From positions 1 to 64,000 of IMG/VR virus record IMGVR_UViG_3300036770_004723: a DNA stretch of 64,000 bases; one strand, given 5' to 3'. The notes beneath the pieces are model-generated. The model saw only the letters and a list, made by a program, of their open reading frames with translations. It searched no databases and was not told the DNA's origin. Below, one piece after another: positions 9,038-17,283 of the stretch (position 1 is its first letter; each line of letters starts with the position of its first letter). The translations under genes were made by a program, and so were the position numbers.

Positions 9038-10231
9038 TTAAATAGCTACATCAGCTTTGATCGCTGCACAATGTTCGTATTTTACAACCCGAACATTTGC
9101 CATTGTTAAATTCTTAAGATCATTCTTTTGTGTAGGTCCAACACCTATTGTAAACATGTAAGGCATTTCCTTACAACTATGTAAGTTGTTTGCTTGTTTT
9201 TGTAAGGCTTCTACATGATTTTCATAAATATGAATATCTCCAAAACTAAGTATCAAACGATTTGGTATCATTTGTGTAACCGCACAAAATAATGCGGTTA
9301 GTGCTGCATAGCTGGCTATGTTAAACGGCTGACCAAGAAAAATATCACTGGAGCGCATGTAGAGATGTGTATTTAACAAACGTGTTCTAGGTACAATGTG
9401 ATCTCTATAGCTATCAAGCAAGTCCAGAACTTCTTCATCATTTAAAGCGGAAAATTGGGTTTCCGTGATATCAAGTTTAATGCCATTTAAATATGTTGTG
9501 CCTTCAATAGTGTAAACATTGAACATTTTTAAATCACGTACACGGTAAATAGGGTCTGTTGTATCAACAGTACCGAATTGAAATAATGTATGGCAAGCTG
9601 GCAAGCTCTGTCTTCCCATTGCAGCTTGCTTTGTAGGATGATCATCTGTTGGTAATACAGCTGGATTCCAACTATCTACTATTAAACGGCGACAATTTGG
9701 TTTTAAAAGTAACGTATTTAAAACCTCTTGAATCTGATCAATGTTACGTGTGTAAACTGATCCAGTTTTAAAACCTGCTACAAATGTATATCCATTGTTT
9801 TTGCAGAACTGTGTTTTTTCGAACCAGTAAGGATCTTTGTTATAGATAATAGTAGTATCTTCACGGTTACGCCACTGCTGTCCATAAATAGGACCCAGAT
9901 CACCATTTTTATTGGCCCAGCCATCCCAAATGTGTACGTCAGCATCTAACAGTGGTTGAATATTTGTATGTCCATTGAGCATCCAAAAAAGTTCTTCAAA
10001 CATAGGTCTGATATAAACTTTCTTAGTGGAAAGCAGTGGAAATCCCGCCATTAAATGTGTTTCTAGCTGTGTACCAAAATATTTATAGGTATCGAATTCA
10101 GTTCTATTACCACTGAATGAACCTAATCGCATTATTTTATCCGCCATTTCCAGATAATCTGTATCAAGATCGTTAAGTCCGTTGTCCGCTTGATTACCTA
10201 AGATCAAAGGATTGGCTTTTGTAATATTCAT
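9038..10231 (-). CDS. thyA: Thymidylate synthase (ThyA type) with insertions
   Basis: GDLGPIYGQQWR, catalytic LPACH, YMRSSDIFLGQPFNIASY and GDIHIYENH motifs. Confidence 0.95.
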   Translation of the reverse strand: MNITKANPLILGNQADNGLNDLDTDYLEMADKIMRLGSFSGNRTEFDTYKYFGTQLETHLMAGFPLLSTKKVYIRPMFEELFWMLNGHTNIQPLLDADVHIWDGWANKNGDLGPIYGQQWRNREDTTIIYNKDPYWFEKTQFCKNNGYTFVAGFKTGSVYTRNIDQIQEVLNTLLLKPNCRRLIVDSWNPAVLPTDDHPTKQAAMGRQSLPACHTLFQFGTVDTTDPIYRVRDLKMFNVYTIEGTTYLNGIKLDITETQFSALNDEEVLDLLDSYRDHIVPRTRLLNTHLYMRSSDIFLGQPFNIASYAALTALFCAVTQMIPNRLILSFGDIHIYENHVEALQKQANNLHSCKEMPYMFTIGVGPTQKNDLKNLTMANVRVVKYEHCAAIKADVAI

Positions 10232-10641
10232 TATTTAGTTTCCTTATACTGAGAATGAATTGGATGATGTAAAAACAATTGAGTTGTATTACTTACAACG
10301 CCTGTGAATAGTGTAAGAAGTTGGTGGATCTTTGAATTAAATTCTGGATTATTATCCAATACCATTTGATTTAACTGTAACTCTATTTCAATCAAATGTT
10401 CTTCTCTTAAATTTTCTCCAAGTTCCTGTATTTTTCTGTTGAATGCTACAGCATACGCATCAGTTTCAACATAAGGAAACTCAAGAACGTTACTATCTAT
10501 TTCCAAAAATAAACCAAGTCCGTTACCTGTATTAGGTGAAGTAAAGGTAATAAACGCACTGGACTCAAAAGATATTAAGGCACTTTTGGTTAAAGGCGTT
10601 TCATAAGCGATTTGAAAAAAATTTGGCACAATTTTTATCAT
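10231..10641 (-). CDS. Hypothetical protein
   Basis: 136 aa ORF, translationally coupled to thyA (TAATG). Confidence 0.7.
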   Translation of the reverse strand: MIKIVPNFFQIAYETPLTKSALISFESSAFITFTSPNTGNGLGLFLEIDSNVLEFPYVETDAYAVAFNRKIQELGENLREEHLIEIELQLNQMVLDNNPEFNSKIHQLLTLFTGVVSNTTQLFLHHPIHSQYKETK

Positions 10642-11116
10642 GAGTTTCCTCTCTACATTCCATTAGATGTTGTTTGTTTATTCTGGCTAGAATTTTATAA
10701 TACGATAAAGGTCTGGCATTTTCTTCGCCTGCTATAACTGCATCTACCATATTAGCGTAAAATAATTTACCGGTTCTTCCTGCATTAGAGTCATAAATAG
10801 TATAACTGTCTTCGTTGCCTTCGACCAATATGCAATCCCAAACATAGTCATCTGCGTCAACATATAAGTTTAAATTCGGCACATAATAAATATAAATAAA
10901 TTCTTTATCCAACTTGTGTCCGTAAGTTGTAGGGCATTCAAACTGGATCCCTAATTCATCTAATATTTCTACGATCTTAGGGCGATTTGATTTAGATAAA
11001 GCAGATCCTAGAAAAACTATTAATAGGTCGATAGTTTTTAAGTTTTTACCTAATAACATAGCTAAACAGGCTAAATGTGAATCATGCTCATTGGTCTGTT
11101 GTACCAAGTTGATCAT
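10601..11116 (-). CDS. Peptidase C39-like fold protein, probably catalytically dead
   Basis: QQTNEHDSHLACLAMLL matches the C39 start with Ser at the catalytic Cys; WDCILVEG...IYDSNAG lacks the catalytic His. Confidence 0.5.
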   Translation of the reverse strand: MINLVQQTNEHDSHLACLAMLLGKNLKTIDLLIVFLGSALSKSNRPKIVEILDELGIQFECPTTYGHKLDKEFIYIYYVPNLNLYVDADDYVWDCILVEGNEDSYTIYDSNAGRTGKLFYANMVDAVIAGEENARPLSYYKILARINKQHLMECREETHDKNCAKFFSNRL

Positions 11117-11148
11117 GTTACTTCCCCCATATTAAGTTTCTTTCACTT

Positions 11149-11158
11149 ATATTTACAG
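11149..11158 (-). promoter_or_regulatory. Candidate phage promoter motif CTGTAAATA, copy 1
   Basis: Intergenic, ~33 nt upstream of the ATG at 11116, just past a terminator. Confidence 0.5.
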
Positions 11159-11174
11159 TTTGAACATTTATAAG

Positions 11175-11213
11175 AAAAATGGCCTGCCGGATTGATATCT
11201 GACAAGCCATTTT
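11175..11213 (-). terminator. Intrinsic terminator after the MKIxIS gene cluster
   Basis: AAAATGGC...GCCATTTT stem with extended imperfect pairing; U-tract on the minus strand. Confidence 0.65.
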
Positions 11214-11223
11214 AATTAATTCT

Positions 11224-11595
11224 CTATTTCTTGATCTTAGCGTATTCTTCTCGAACTTTCTTTTGAAGTGGTTCAAGAAGATCATGAAGCGTGTTCCACT
11301 CTTCTTCAGTATCTGCTTTCAGTATTTGACAATGAACTCTTGATACAGCAATTAAGGCCATCATTGTATCTCTTTCATGGTCAACTGCATATTTACCGTT
11401 AAGTGCTACCGTATATTCACGCACAGAACGTTCGGCAATGTCTAACCAACGTTTACGTAATTTAGGATCTGGCTCAAAAGTATAGACAGCTTCCATGTAC
11501 TGATCAGCAAAAGATTTAGGTACTATAGATTCCTTCTTTTTCTTTTTAGGGAAAGTCAAGATCTTACCCGAAGACATGCTGATATTAATCTTCAT
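11224..11595 (-). CDS. MKIxISxS-family protein
   Basis: 123 aa, starts MKINISMSS; TAAGGAAAAACATG start context. Confidence 0.8.
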   Translation of the reverse strand: MKINISMSSGKILTFPKKKKKESIVPKSFADQYMEAVYTFEPDPKLRKRWLDIAERSVREYTVALNGKYAVDHERDTMMALIAVSRVHCQILKADTEEEWNTLHDLLEPLQKKVREEYAKIKK

Positions 11596-11603
11596 GTTTT
11601 TCC

Positions 11604-12095
11604 TTAAGATTTCTTCATAATAAATTTAGCCAGTTTTTGGTAGCTATCGTCTTGCATCTTTTTCTTTTCTACTAGCTTACTTTCTTTTTGCATTTTTAGC
11701 AACAGTTTATCTATTTCAGCCAATTCTTTACGTAATTGCTTTTGCTTTTCTTTTAAAGCTTTTACTTTAGCTGATTGTATAATTTTATCTGTATTTTCTG
11801 AATTTCTATCTTCACTAGTTTTCTTAGGTTTTTCGTAAGGTAAAAATTTGAACTGTTTACCTGCACCTATAGAATTAATATCAATTCCTTTTGCTTTAAC
11901 GTTGGTTTTATTTCCAAACGCATTTTTAATCATTACCTTTTGACCACGTAAGGCAACAACTTTAACAGGTTTCTCGTGAGTTTCCCATTGATTTACTGTC
12001 TTGCCTTGTTTGATAAATTGTTTTCTTTCACGTAGAAGGTAAACGCCATCTAATTCAGGCAATTTACTGGCGCTAGTTGAGATCAATACTTTCAT
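11604..12095 (-). CDS. MKIxISxS-family protein, very Lys-rich
   Basis: 163 aa, starts MKVLISTSA; basic coiled-coil C-terminus. Confidence 0.8.
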   Translation of the reverse strand: MKVLISTSASKLPELDGVYLLRERKQFIKQGKTVNQWETHEKPVKVVALRGQKVMIKNAFGNKTNVKAKGIDINSIGAGKQFKFLPYEKPKKTSEDRNSENTDKIIQSAKVKALKEKQKQLRKELAEIDKLLLKMQKESKLVEKKKMQDDSYQKLAKFIMKKS

Positions 12096-12397
12096 ATTTC
12101 TTCCTTAAACACAACATTCCAATCCCACTCAAGCTGAGATCGATCAGGATCTGTGTCATAGTAAGCAGCTACAACATAAACTAAGTCACCAATGTCACCG
12201 CTAATTTCAAAGGTTTTATCCACTTGTCTAAGTGACTTAGGCATTAATGTTATTAACACAGGCTTTTTAAGTTCAGCACTTAATCTATTGATCTCTTCTT
12301 GTATTTCACTTGTTGATGTATTAGGTTTTGCCTTTACACTAGCAACAAATGTTTTTGAAGAATATTTAGTGGATGAAACACTGATCTTAATTTTCAT
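12092..12397 (-). CDS. MKIxISxS-family protein
   Basis: 101 aa, starts MKIKISVSS. Confidence 0.8.
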   Translation of the reverse strand: MKIKISVSSTKYSSKTFVASVKAKPNTSTSEIQEEINRLSAELKKPVLITLMPKSLRQVDKTFEISGDIGDLVYVVAAYYDTDPDRSQLEWDWNVVFKEEI

Positions 12398-12893
12398 AGG
12401 TTATACCAACTTCACTTAAAGTATCTGTTAGCATTTTATAACGTTTAAAATCTTGAATGTCTTCAGCTTGACCTATCTTAGCAAAAATTCTATTACAGAC
12501 AGAAGCTAATCTTTGCGCCAAATACCATTTAGCTTCATTAGCTGCTGTTACATCTTCTTTAGTGACTATTTCCAACATTTTCTTGAAAGCAAGATTGCCT
12601 ATTTTTAAAAGTGTTGGATCTATAGAAGAATAATGACTTTTATCATCGGCACCCTGAAATTTCAATTCACCCGATTTTTTGTTCAATAGGTCTTCCATTA
12701 TCTGATAAGACGTTCTAATAGCGCCATGAGGCTTTGCATTAAACATTCGGGTCAAAGTAAGACAAGAATCTATTATTGTCTTGTAGTGACTGTCGTACTG
12801 TTTAGTTTTCTTGAAATAAGTTTTAATAACCTTATTCAAAGTTTTTAAATTTATGTTATCGTTTGCTGCACTTAAACTGATCAAGATCTTCAT
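12387..12893 (-). CDS. MKIxISxS-family protein
   Basis: 168 aa, starts MKILISLSA; C-terminus (KMLTDTLSEVGITY) resembles that of 12890-13393 (KTLRDTLSAEGIFY). Confidence 0.8.
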   Translation of the reverse strand: MKILISLSAANDNINLKTLNKVIKTYFKKTKQYDSHYKTIIDSCLTLTRMFNAKPHGAIRTSYQIMEDLLNKKSGELKFQGADDKSHYSSIDPTLLKIGNLAFKKMLEIVTKEDVTAANEAKWYLAQRLASVCNRIFAKIGQAEDIQDFKRYKMLTDTLSEVGITYEN

Positions 12894-12905
12894 TGTTTTT
12901 CCTTA
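12872..12905. repeat. 34-bp perfect direct repeat, copy 1
   Basis: TTAAACTGATCAAGATCTTCATTGTTTTTCCTTA, identical at 13372-13405; covers RBS plus first codons. Confidence 0.95.
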
Positions 12906-13393
12906 ATATAAAATATGCCTTCAGCGGATAAAGTATCACGCAAGGTTTTATGGTGTCCGTATTTAGCTTCAGGATCAAATTTATGGTTGATCAGACTTTG
13001 CGCTGAATTATTTAAAGCAGCCAATCGATCAAATAAAGCTAAATGTTTTTTAGCTTCTTTTAAATTTATTCCTTTAAATTTCTTTAGCTCTGATTTAAGT
13101 TTTGCAAACGCTTTATATGAAAGATCTTGTTCATAAGTTTTAACCGCTGGATAACGTCGTTTTTCACTGACATTATCGTCTGCTGCATTTTCTGCCGCAA
13201 AGATCGCATCATCTAAATTGTCTGCTTTATCAGGTGCATTCAAAAATTTTGTCATAGCCAAAAAGAACTGGCTCATTCCAATATTTGGGATTAAGGCTGA
13301 GTCACATACTTCATGAATTAAAGTATTAAGTTTTTGAATTTTTTGTTCGGTAGACATAACATTACCAGAATTTAAACTGATCAAGATCTTCAT
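12890..13393 (-). CDS. MKIxISxS-family protein
   Basis: 167 aa, starts MKILISLNS; bracketed by the 34-bp repeats. Confidence 0.8.
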   Translation of the reverse strand: MKILISLNSGNVMSTEQKIQKLNTLIHEVCDSALIPNIGMSQFFLAMTKFLNAPDKADNLDDAIFAAENAADDNVSEKRRYPAVKTYEQDLSYKAFAKLKSELKKFKGINLKEAKKHLALFDRLAALNNSAQSLINHKFDPEAKYGHHKTLRDTLSAEGIFYIKEKQ

Positions 13394-13405
13394 TGTTTTT
13401 CCTTA
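13372..13405. repeat. 34-bp perfect direct repeat, copy 2
   Basis: Identical to 12872-12905, exactly 500 bp away. Confidence 0.95.
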
Positions 13406-14425
13406 GTTGTTGCCTGCCCAATCAGCAATAGTTATATGTTCTACGCTAATTGTTTTACCTGTGATCTTGTGGGTCGCACGTAATTCAGCAACAAAACGAC
13501 CTTCAATAGCGGCAGTGCCTGCAACTGGCTGAGCTAATACAGTACGGAACCATCCAAGTTGCGTGCTATTTTGTACACAACGTTTGTCTGCATCACCTTT
13601 GCTATCAATTACGTTTGGAACAGCTACGCCAAGATCAGTTAATAGAGTCATTGCGTATTTTGAAACAGTTGTTTCGTCACGAATTAATTTCCAGACAAGA
13701 CTGTTATTCTTGGATCCGTCTTTGTTAGTGTACATCACAAGTTCAACATCATACATTTGCGTAATGTCTGTGATCTCTTCGTGTGTACTACCTATACTCC
13801 AAGTAACATTCCATGCTTCTGTTGCATTGGCCAATGTTAAAGTGGAAACGTTTTGTTCAATGCTTCGACCTTGATCCCATTGAGATCTTCTGTGAGAAGT
13901 TAATGCAAGTTCAATAAAATCATTGTGTACAATACTATATTTATTTCCAGGGATCCCTGTACCAACGAACAGAGTACCGTTAGGTAATAAAAAACTTGTA
14001 TTTAAAGCAGAAGCAAATTTACTAATTACTTCACCTTCATTTATCTCAGGCATTGGAATAGGATCTACTAAATTCGCTTCTTTTACAATTTCTTCTATTA
14101 CATCAGAGTAAGTTTCAACTATATATGGTTGAACTGCATTGTAAATAGACTGTTCTTGGTTAAAACCTAAATTGTGGTATTCTGCCACTTGCTGCCAATT
14201 ATTAATAACAGCATTCTTTAATCCATCTAGATCGGACTCTGTGATTTCGGGAAAAATTTCAGATTGATCAATTAAAATAGTTTCAGGTTTTCCATTTACC
14301 AAACGTACAACTTCTAGATTTGGATTTGAAAGTTTAACAATTTTAATACCATCGACGTCATAGCTCCCGTTACGAATAAAGCGATGAAAATCACTAAAGA
14401 TAATACTAGCAAAATTAAGTTTCAT
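13403..14425 (-). CDS. Hypothetical protein, possibly virion-associated (beta-rich C-terminal half)
   Basis: 340 aa ORF, AAGGA RBS; acidic linker then beta-rich domain. Confidence 0.65.
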   Translation of the reverse strand: MKLNFASIIFSDFHRFIRNGSYDVDGIKIVKLSNPNLEVVRLVNGKPETILIDQSEIFPEITESDLDGLKNAVINNWQQVAEYHNLGFNQEQSIYNAVQPYIVETYSDVIEEIVKEANLVDPIPMPEINEGEVISKFASALNTSFLLPNGTLFVGTGIPGNKYSIVHNDFIELALTSHRRSQWDQGRSIEQNVSTLTLANATEAWNVTWSIGSTHEEITDITQMYDVELVMYTNKDGSKNNSLVWKLIRDETTVSKYAMTLLTDLGVAVPNVIDSKGDADKRCVQNSTQLGWFRTVLAQPVAGTAAIEGRFVAELRATHKITGKTISVEHITIADWAGNN

Positions 14426-14460
14426 ACTATAAATTCCTTTGATTAGATATCTACATTAAA

Positions 14461-15036
14461 TTATCTATATGACTTGAGAATGTCTAAGGACAATATTTTT
14501 TCTTTATAAAGAACATAGTCATAGATTCCTTTAAAAAGTTTAGGTAGCTCTACATCTAAAGAATCTGCTTTATTGGATTTAAATGCAATGTGAGAAGCTT
14601 TTTTAGCTAAAGTGTCTGCGCGTTCATTACCGAAAATACCTGAATGTCCTCGAACTTTATTGAATGTAATTATTCCAGCATCGTAAAGATTTCCAAGTAC
14701 TATAATAAGATCTCTGTTTTTTACCTCGGTTCCTGTGGAACTTATCCAGTTGCTCAATTTCCATCCTGAACGCCACTTTGTAACAGCATCAATAGTATAT
14801 TGGCTGTCTGTGTGTATGCAGATTTGTTTTTCACCACTTATATATTTCAGTGATCTGATTACGGCCATTAAACAACCTAATAATTCCATTTGATTGCTTG
14901 TAGCATGTAAAAAACTAACGCTCATACATCTGTAACGTTTTTTATTACCAAACATCCGTTCACAGTAAATTCCCAATCCTGAGGGACCTGGATTGTTTAT
15001 CGAAGATCCATCTGAGTATACATCAATTACTTTCAT
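14461..15036 (-). CDS. rnhA: Ribonuclease HI
   Basis: YSDGSSINNPGPSG, SNQMEL, TDSQY, KNRDL and VRGHSGIFGNERADTLA motifs. Confidence 0.95.
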   Translation of the reverse strand: MKVIDVYSDGSSINNPGPSGLGIYCERMFGNKKRYRCMSVSFLHATSNQMELLGCLMAVIRSLKYISGEKQICIHTDSQYTIDAVTKWRSGWKLSNWISSTGTEVKNRDLIIVLGNLYDAGIITFNKVRGHSGIFGNERADTLAKKASHIAFKSNKADSLDVELPKLFKGIYDYVLYKEKILSLDILKSYR

Positions 15037-15067
15037 ACTGAATTCCTTTACACTAATTTATTACTAT

Positions 15068-15078
15068 AGTATTTACAG
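15068..15078 (-). promoter_or_regulatory. Candidate phage promoter motif CTGTAAATACT, copy 2
   Basis: In the divergent gap, ~32 nt upstream of the RNase H ATG. Confidence 0.5.
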
Positions 15079-15091
15079 ATCGAGGTATCTA

Positions 15092-15382
15092 ATGGGCAAG
15101 CCAGTTATTGTAAAAGGGAAAAATAGCACAGGTCATCCTCCTGGTTTTCCACCTACACCTGCAATTCAATGCAGCACTAAAGTATTTGCTACAAAAATAG
15201 GTGTGGTACGTCAAGGCGATAGTTATAAATTACATTGCTTTAAAGGCAGTTGCCATGTACCTAAAGTTGTTGCTGCAAGTAGAAAAGTGTTTGCAAACGG
15301 TAAAGGAATAGCGCGTTTAGGTGACAAACTTAGCTGCGGAGACAAAGCAGCTAACGGTGTAAATAAAGTAAGGGCCGGATGA
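15092..15382 (+). CDS. PAAR-like (T4 gp5.4-like) spike tip protein
   Basis: ATG at 15092 after GAGGT; STGH...S.KVF...VVRQGD...HC...H...VFANGKGIARLGDKLSCG pattern; 96 aa. Confidence 0.85.
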   Translation: MGKPVIVKGKNSTGHPPGFPPTPAIQCSTKVFATKIGVVRQGDSYKLHCFKGSCHVPKVVAASRKVFANGKGIARLGDKLSCGDKAANGVNKVRAG

Positions 15383-15810
15383 TGTTTCCTTCTATAGCAA
15401 AAATATCAAGTAGTAGCCAAACAAGTGTTTTTAATTATACTTTTAGCGATGTCAATCTACAATTTAGTAACCAGCCTGATGAATTTGTCTATGATATAGA
15501 TGCCGTCATTCAGGCTTTTCTCATTTTGTTAGGTACTCCAAAGCGAGAACGTTGGTGGCGGCCTGAGTGGGGAACTTATAGTCTGGAAAAGCTTTTGTTT
15601 GAACCTTTTGATATAACAACAGCTGACCAAATAGCTGAAAGCATTAAATCTATTTCTGAATCTTCAACTAATGGAAATATACGTTTAATAATTGACGGTG
15701 TTAGTGTTAGACCTGACTATAGTACGCAAACATACGAAGTAAATTTAAGAATAAATGTGCCTGAGTTAGGCAATAAAAAAGTACAATTCTTTCTAAGACA
15801 GCCGGAATAA
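15379..15810 (+). CDS. Baseplate wedge protein, gp25/GpW-like
   Basis: SDVNLQF...DAVIQAFLILLGTPKRERWWRPEWG...LLFEP pattern. Confidence 0.85.
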   Translation: MMFPSIAKISSSSQTSVFNYTFSDVNLQFSNQPDEFVYDIDAVIQAFLILLGTPKRERWWRPEWGTYSLEKLLFEPFDITTADQIAESIKSISESSTNGNIRLIIDGVSVRPDYSTQTYEVNLRINVPELGNKKVQFFLRQPE

Positions 15811-15819
15811 GGATTCTTT

Positions 15820-17283
15820 ATGGTACGCGCAACTTCTTTAAATTCAGCAGTAGGTTTCAATCAACATGTTGCAGCCATTTTACAAGACTTCCAAAAACAA
15901 TATGCTTGGTTAGATAAAGAAAAAAGTAGTATAGGAGTATTTTTAGTCGATGCACTGGCAGGCATAAGTGAAGTAGGACAAACACATTTAATGTTTGCTA
16001 TGCGCGAAGCTTTTTTACAGAAAGCTCGCAGAGAAAGCAGTATATTGGCCGGTGTGAAATTTTTAGGTATAGAAATAAGTAGAAAAAGCGGATCTGCTGT
16101 AGTAGCTCAATTAAGAAATAATTCAGATAATGCGGTAACAATAAATGCGTTTTCTCAATTTAGTGTAGGTCAAAAACCATTTTATAATCCTAACGGTGCA
16201 ATACTTCAGCCTAGATCAATTTTAAATTTATTTCTTAAACAAGGTGAAGTAAAAATAAAAACTGTAGATTTGTCTTCATTGGATTTGGTTTTCCCTGTTA
16301 TTAATCTAGATGTGCCTGAACACATAGTATCAAATGAAGATATTCAGATAAATACAATTAGCAATAACATTAGAACTCAATGGTATAAACATTCTGATTC
16401 ACTGTATGAATTAAATTCAAGTGACAGAAAATACATGGAAACCACAACAGAAAAAGGTGACGTAAGCTTTTTGTTTGGTAACGGAGAGTTCGGTACTAAA
16501 TTGCCGGATAAAGGAATTTTAGAAATACGTTACATAATTACACAAGGATCTAACGGCAATATAGGAAGTCCAGGTGCAGTAGTAAACTACAATGTAAATA
16601 ACTCAATTAACGGTGTTACTGTAGAAGGCGCTGTCGGCGGATCTGATCAGAAAAATGCAGATTTCTATAAATTTTATGGCAGCAGGTTATTTGAAAGCCG
16701 AGGCAATTTAATAAAACCTTCTGACTGGGAGGCGCTGGCAGAGTATCCAGATATTGCAGATATAGTTCCACAAGGACAAAAAGATTTAGCTCCAGATGAT
16801 CCAAGCTACATGAACGTAGTAAGATTATGTGTGTTACCTATTAATAGTAGTAATTGGGGAGGAGCCAATCCAAACCCAACAAGTGGTCAGTGGACTAGAT
16901 TTTTAAAATATGTAAAAGAAAGATCTGGAAGACATTTAACAATTATCCCACATAATCCAGAAAAGATCTTAGTCGATATTTCTATTGAAGTCTACGTTTA
17001 TGAAGATCAAAATACAGAAATGTTAAAAACCGAAATACTTGAAGACATAAATAAGTTTTTTGCCCGTAGAACCGGTATATTAGGTCGTGCTTTAATACCT
17101 AGCAGCGATCTTGATCGTGTAGCACGTAGAACCTTAGATAATAAAATACGTGAAGGTGTTGACTACATTAAAATATTAAGTCCGACTGTAGATATAATTC
17201 CGGCTTCGAAAATCGAATACGTTAGTCCAAGATCAATTCAAGTACTTGTTAAGTACACTGATCGTAAACGCGAGACTTTCTAA
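15820..17283 (+). CDS. Baseplate wedge subunit (T4 gp6/baseplate J-like)
   Basis: Follows gp25-like gene; FLQKARRESSI, FLFGNGEFGTKLP, YIITQGSNGN, GGSDQKN motifs. Confidence 0.8.
   Translation: MVRATSLNSAVGFNQHVAAILQDFQKQYAWLDKEKSSIGVFLVDALAGISEVGQTHLMFAMREAFLQKARRESSILAGVKFLGIEISRKSGSAVVAQLRNNSDNAVTINAFSQFSVGQKPFYNPNGAILQPRSILNLFLKQGEVKIKTVDLSSLDLVFPVINLDVPEHIVSNEDIQINTISNNIRTQWYKHSDSLYELNSSDRKYMETTTEKGDVSFLFGNGEFGTKLPDKGILEIRYIITQGSNGNIGSPGAVVNYNVNNSINGVTVEGAVGGSDQKNADFYKFYGSRLFESRGNLIKPSDWEALAEYPDIADIVPQGQKDLAPDDPSYMNVVRLCVLPINSSNWGGANPNPTSGQWTRFLKYVKERSGRHLTIIPHNPEKILVDISIEVYVYEDQNTEMLKTEILEDINKFFARRTGILGRALIPSSDLDRVARRTLDNKIREGVDYIKILSPTVDIIPASKIEYVSPRSIQVLVKYTDRKRETF

Noticed and set aside
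768-12419. Short plus-strand ORFs in the left block (e.g. 768-962, 1645-1896, 3952-4182, 4363-4605, 8724-8954, 12192-12419)
   Set aside because: Antisense shadows of longer minus-strand genes; no RBS or motif support
14993-15091. 5' extension of the PAAR ORF given in the track
   Set aside because: It overlaps the RNase H start on the other strand; the GAGGT RBS supports ATG at 15092
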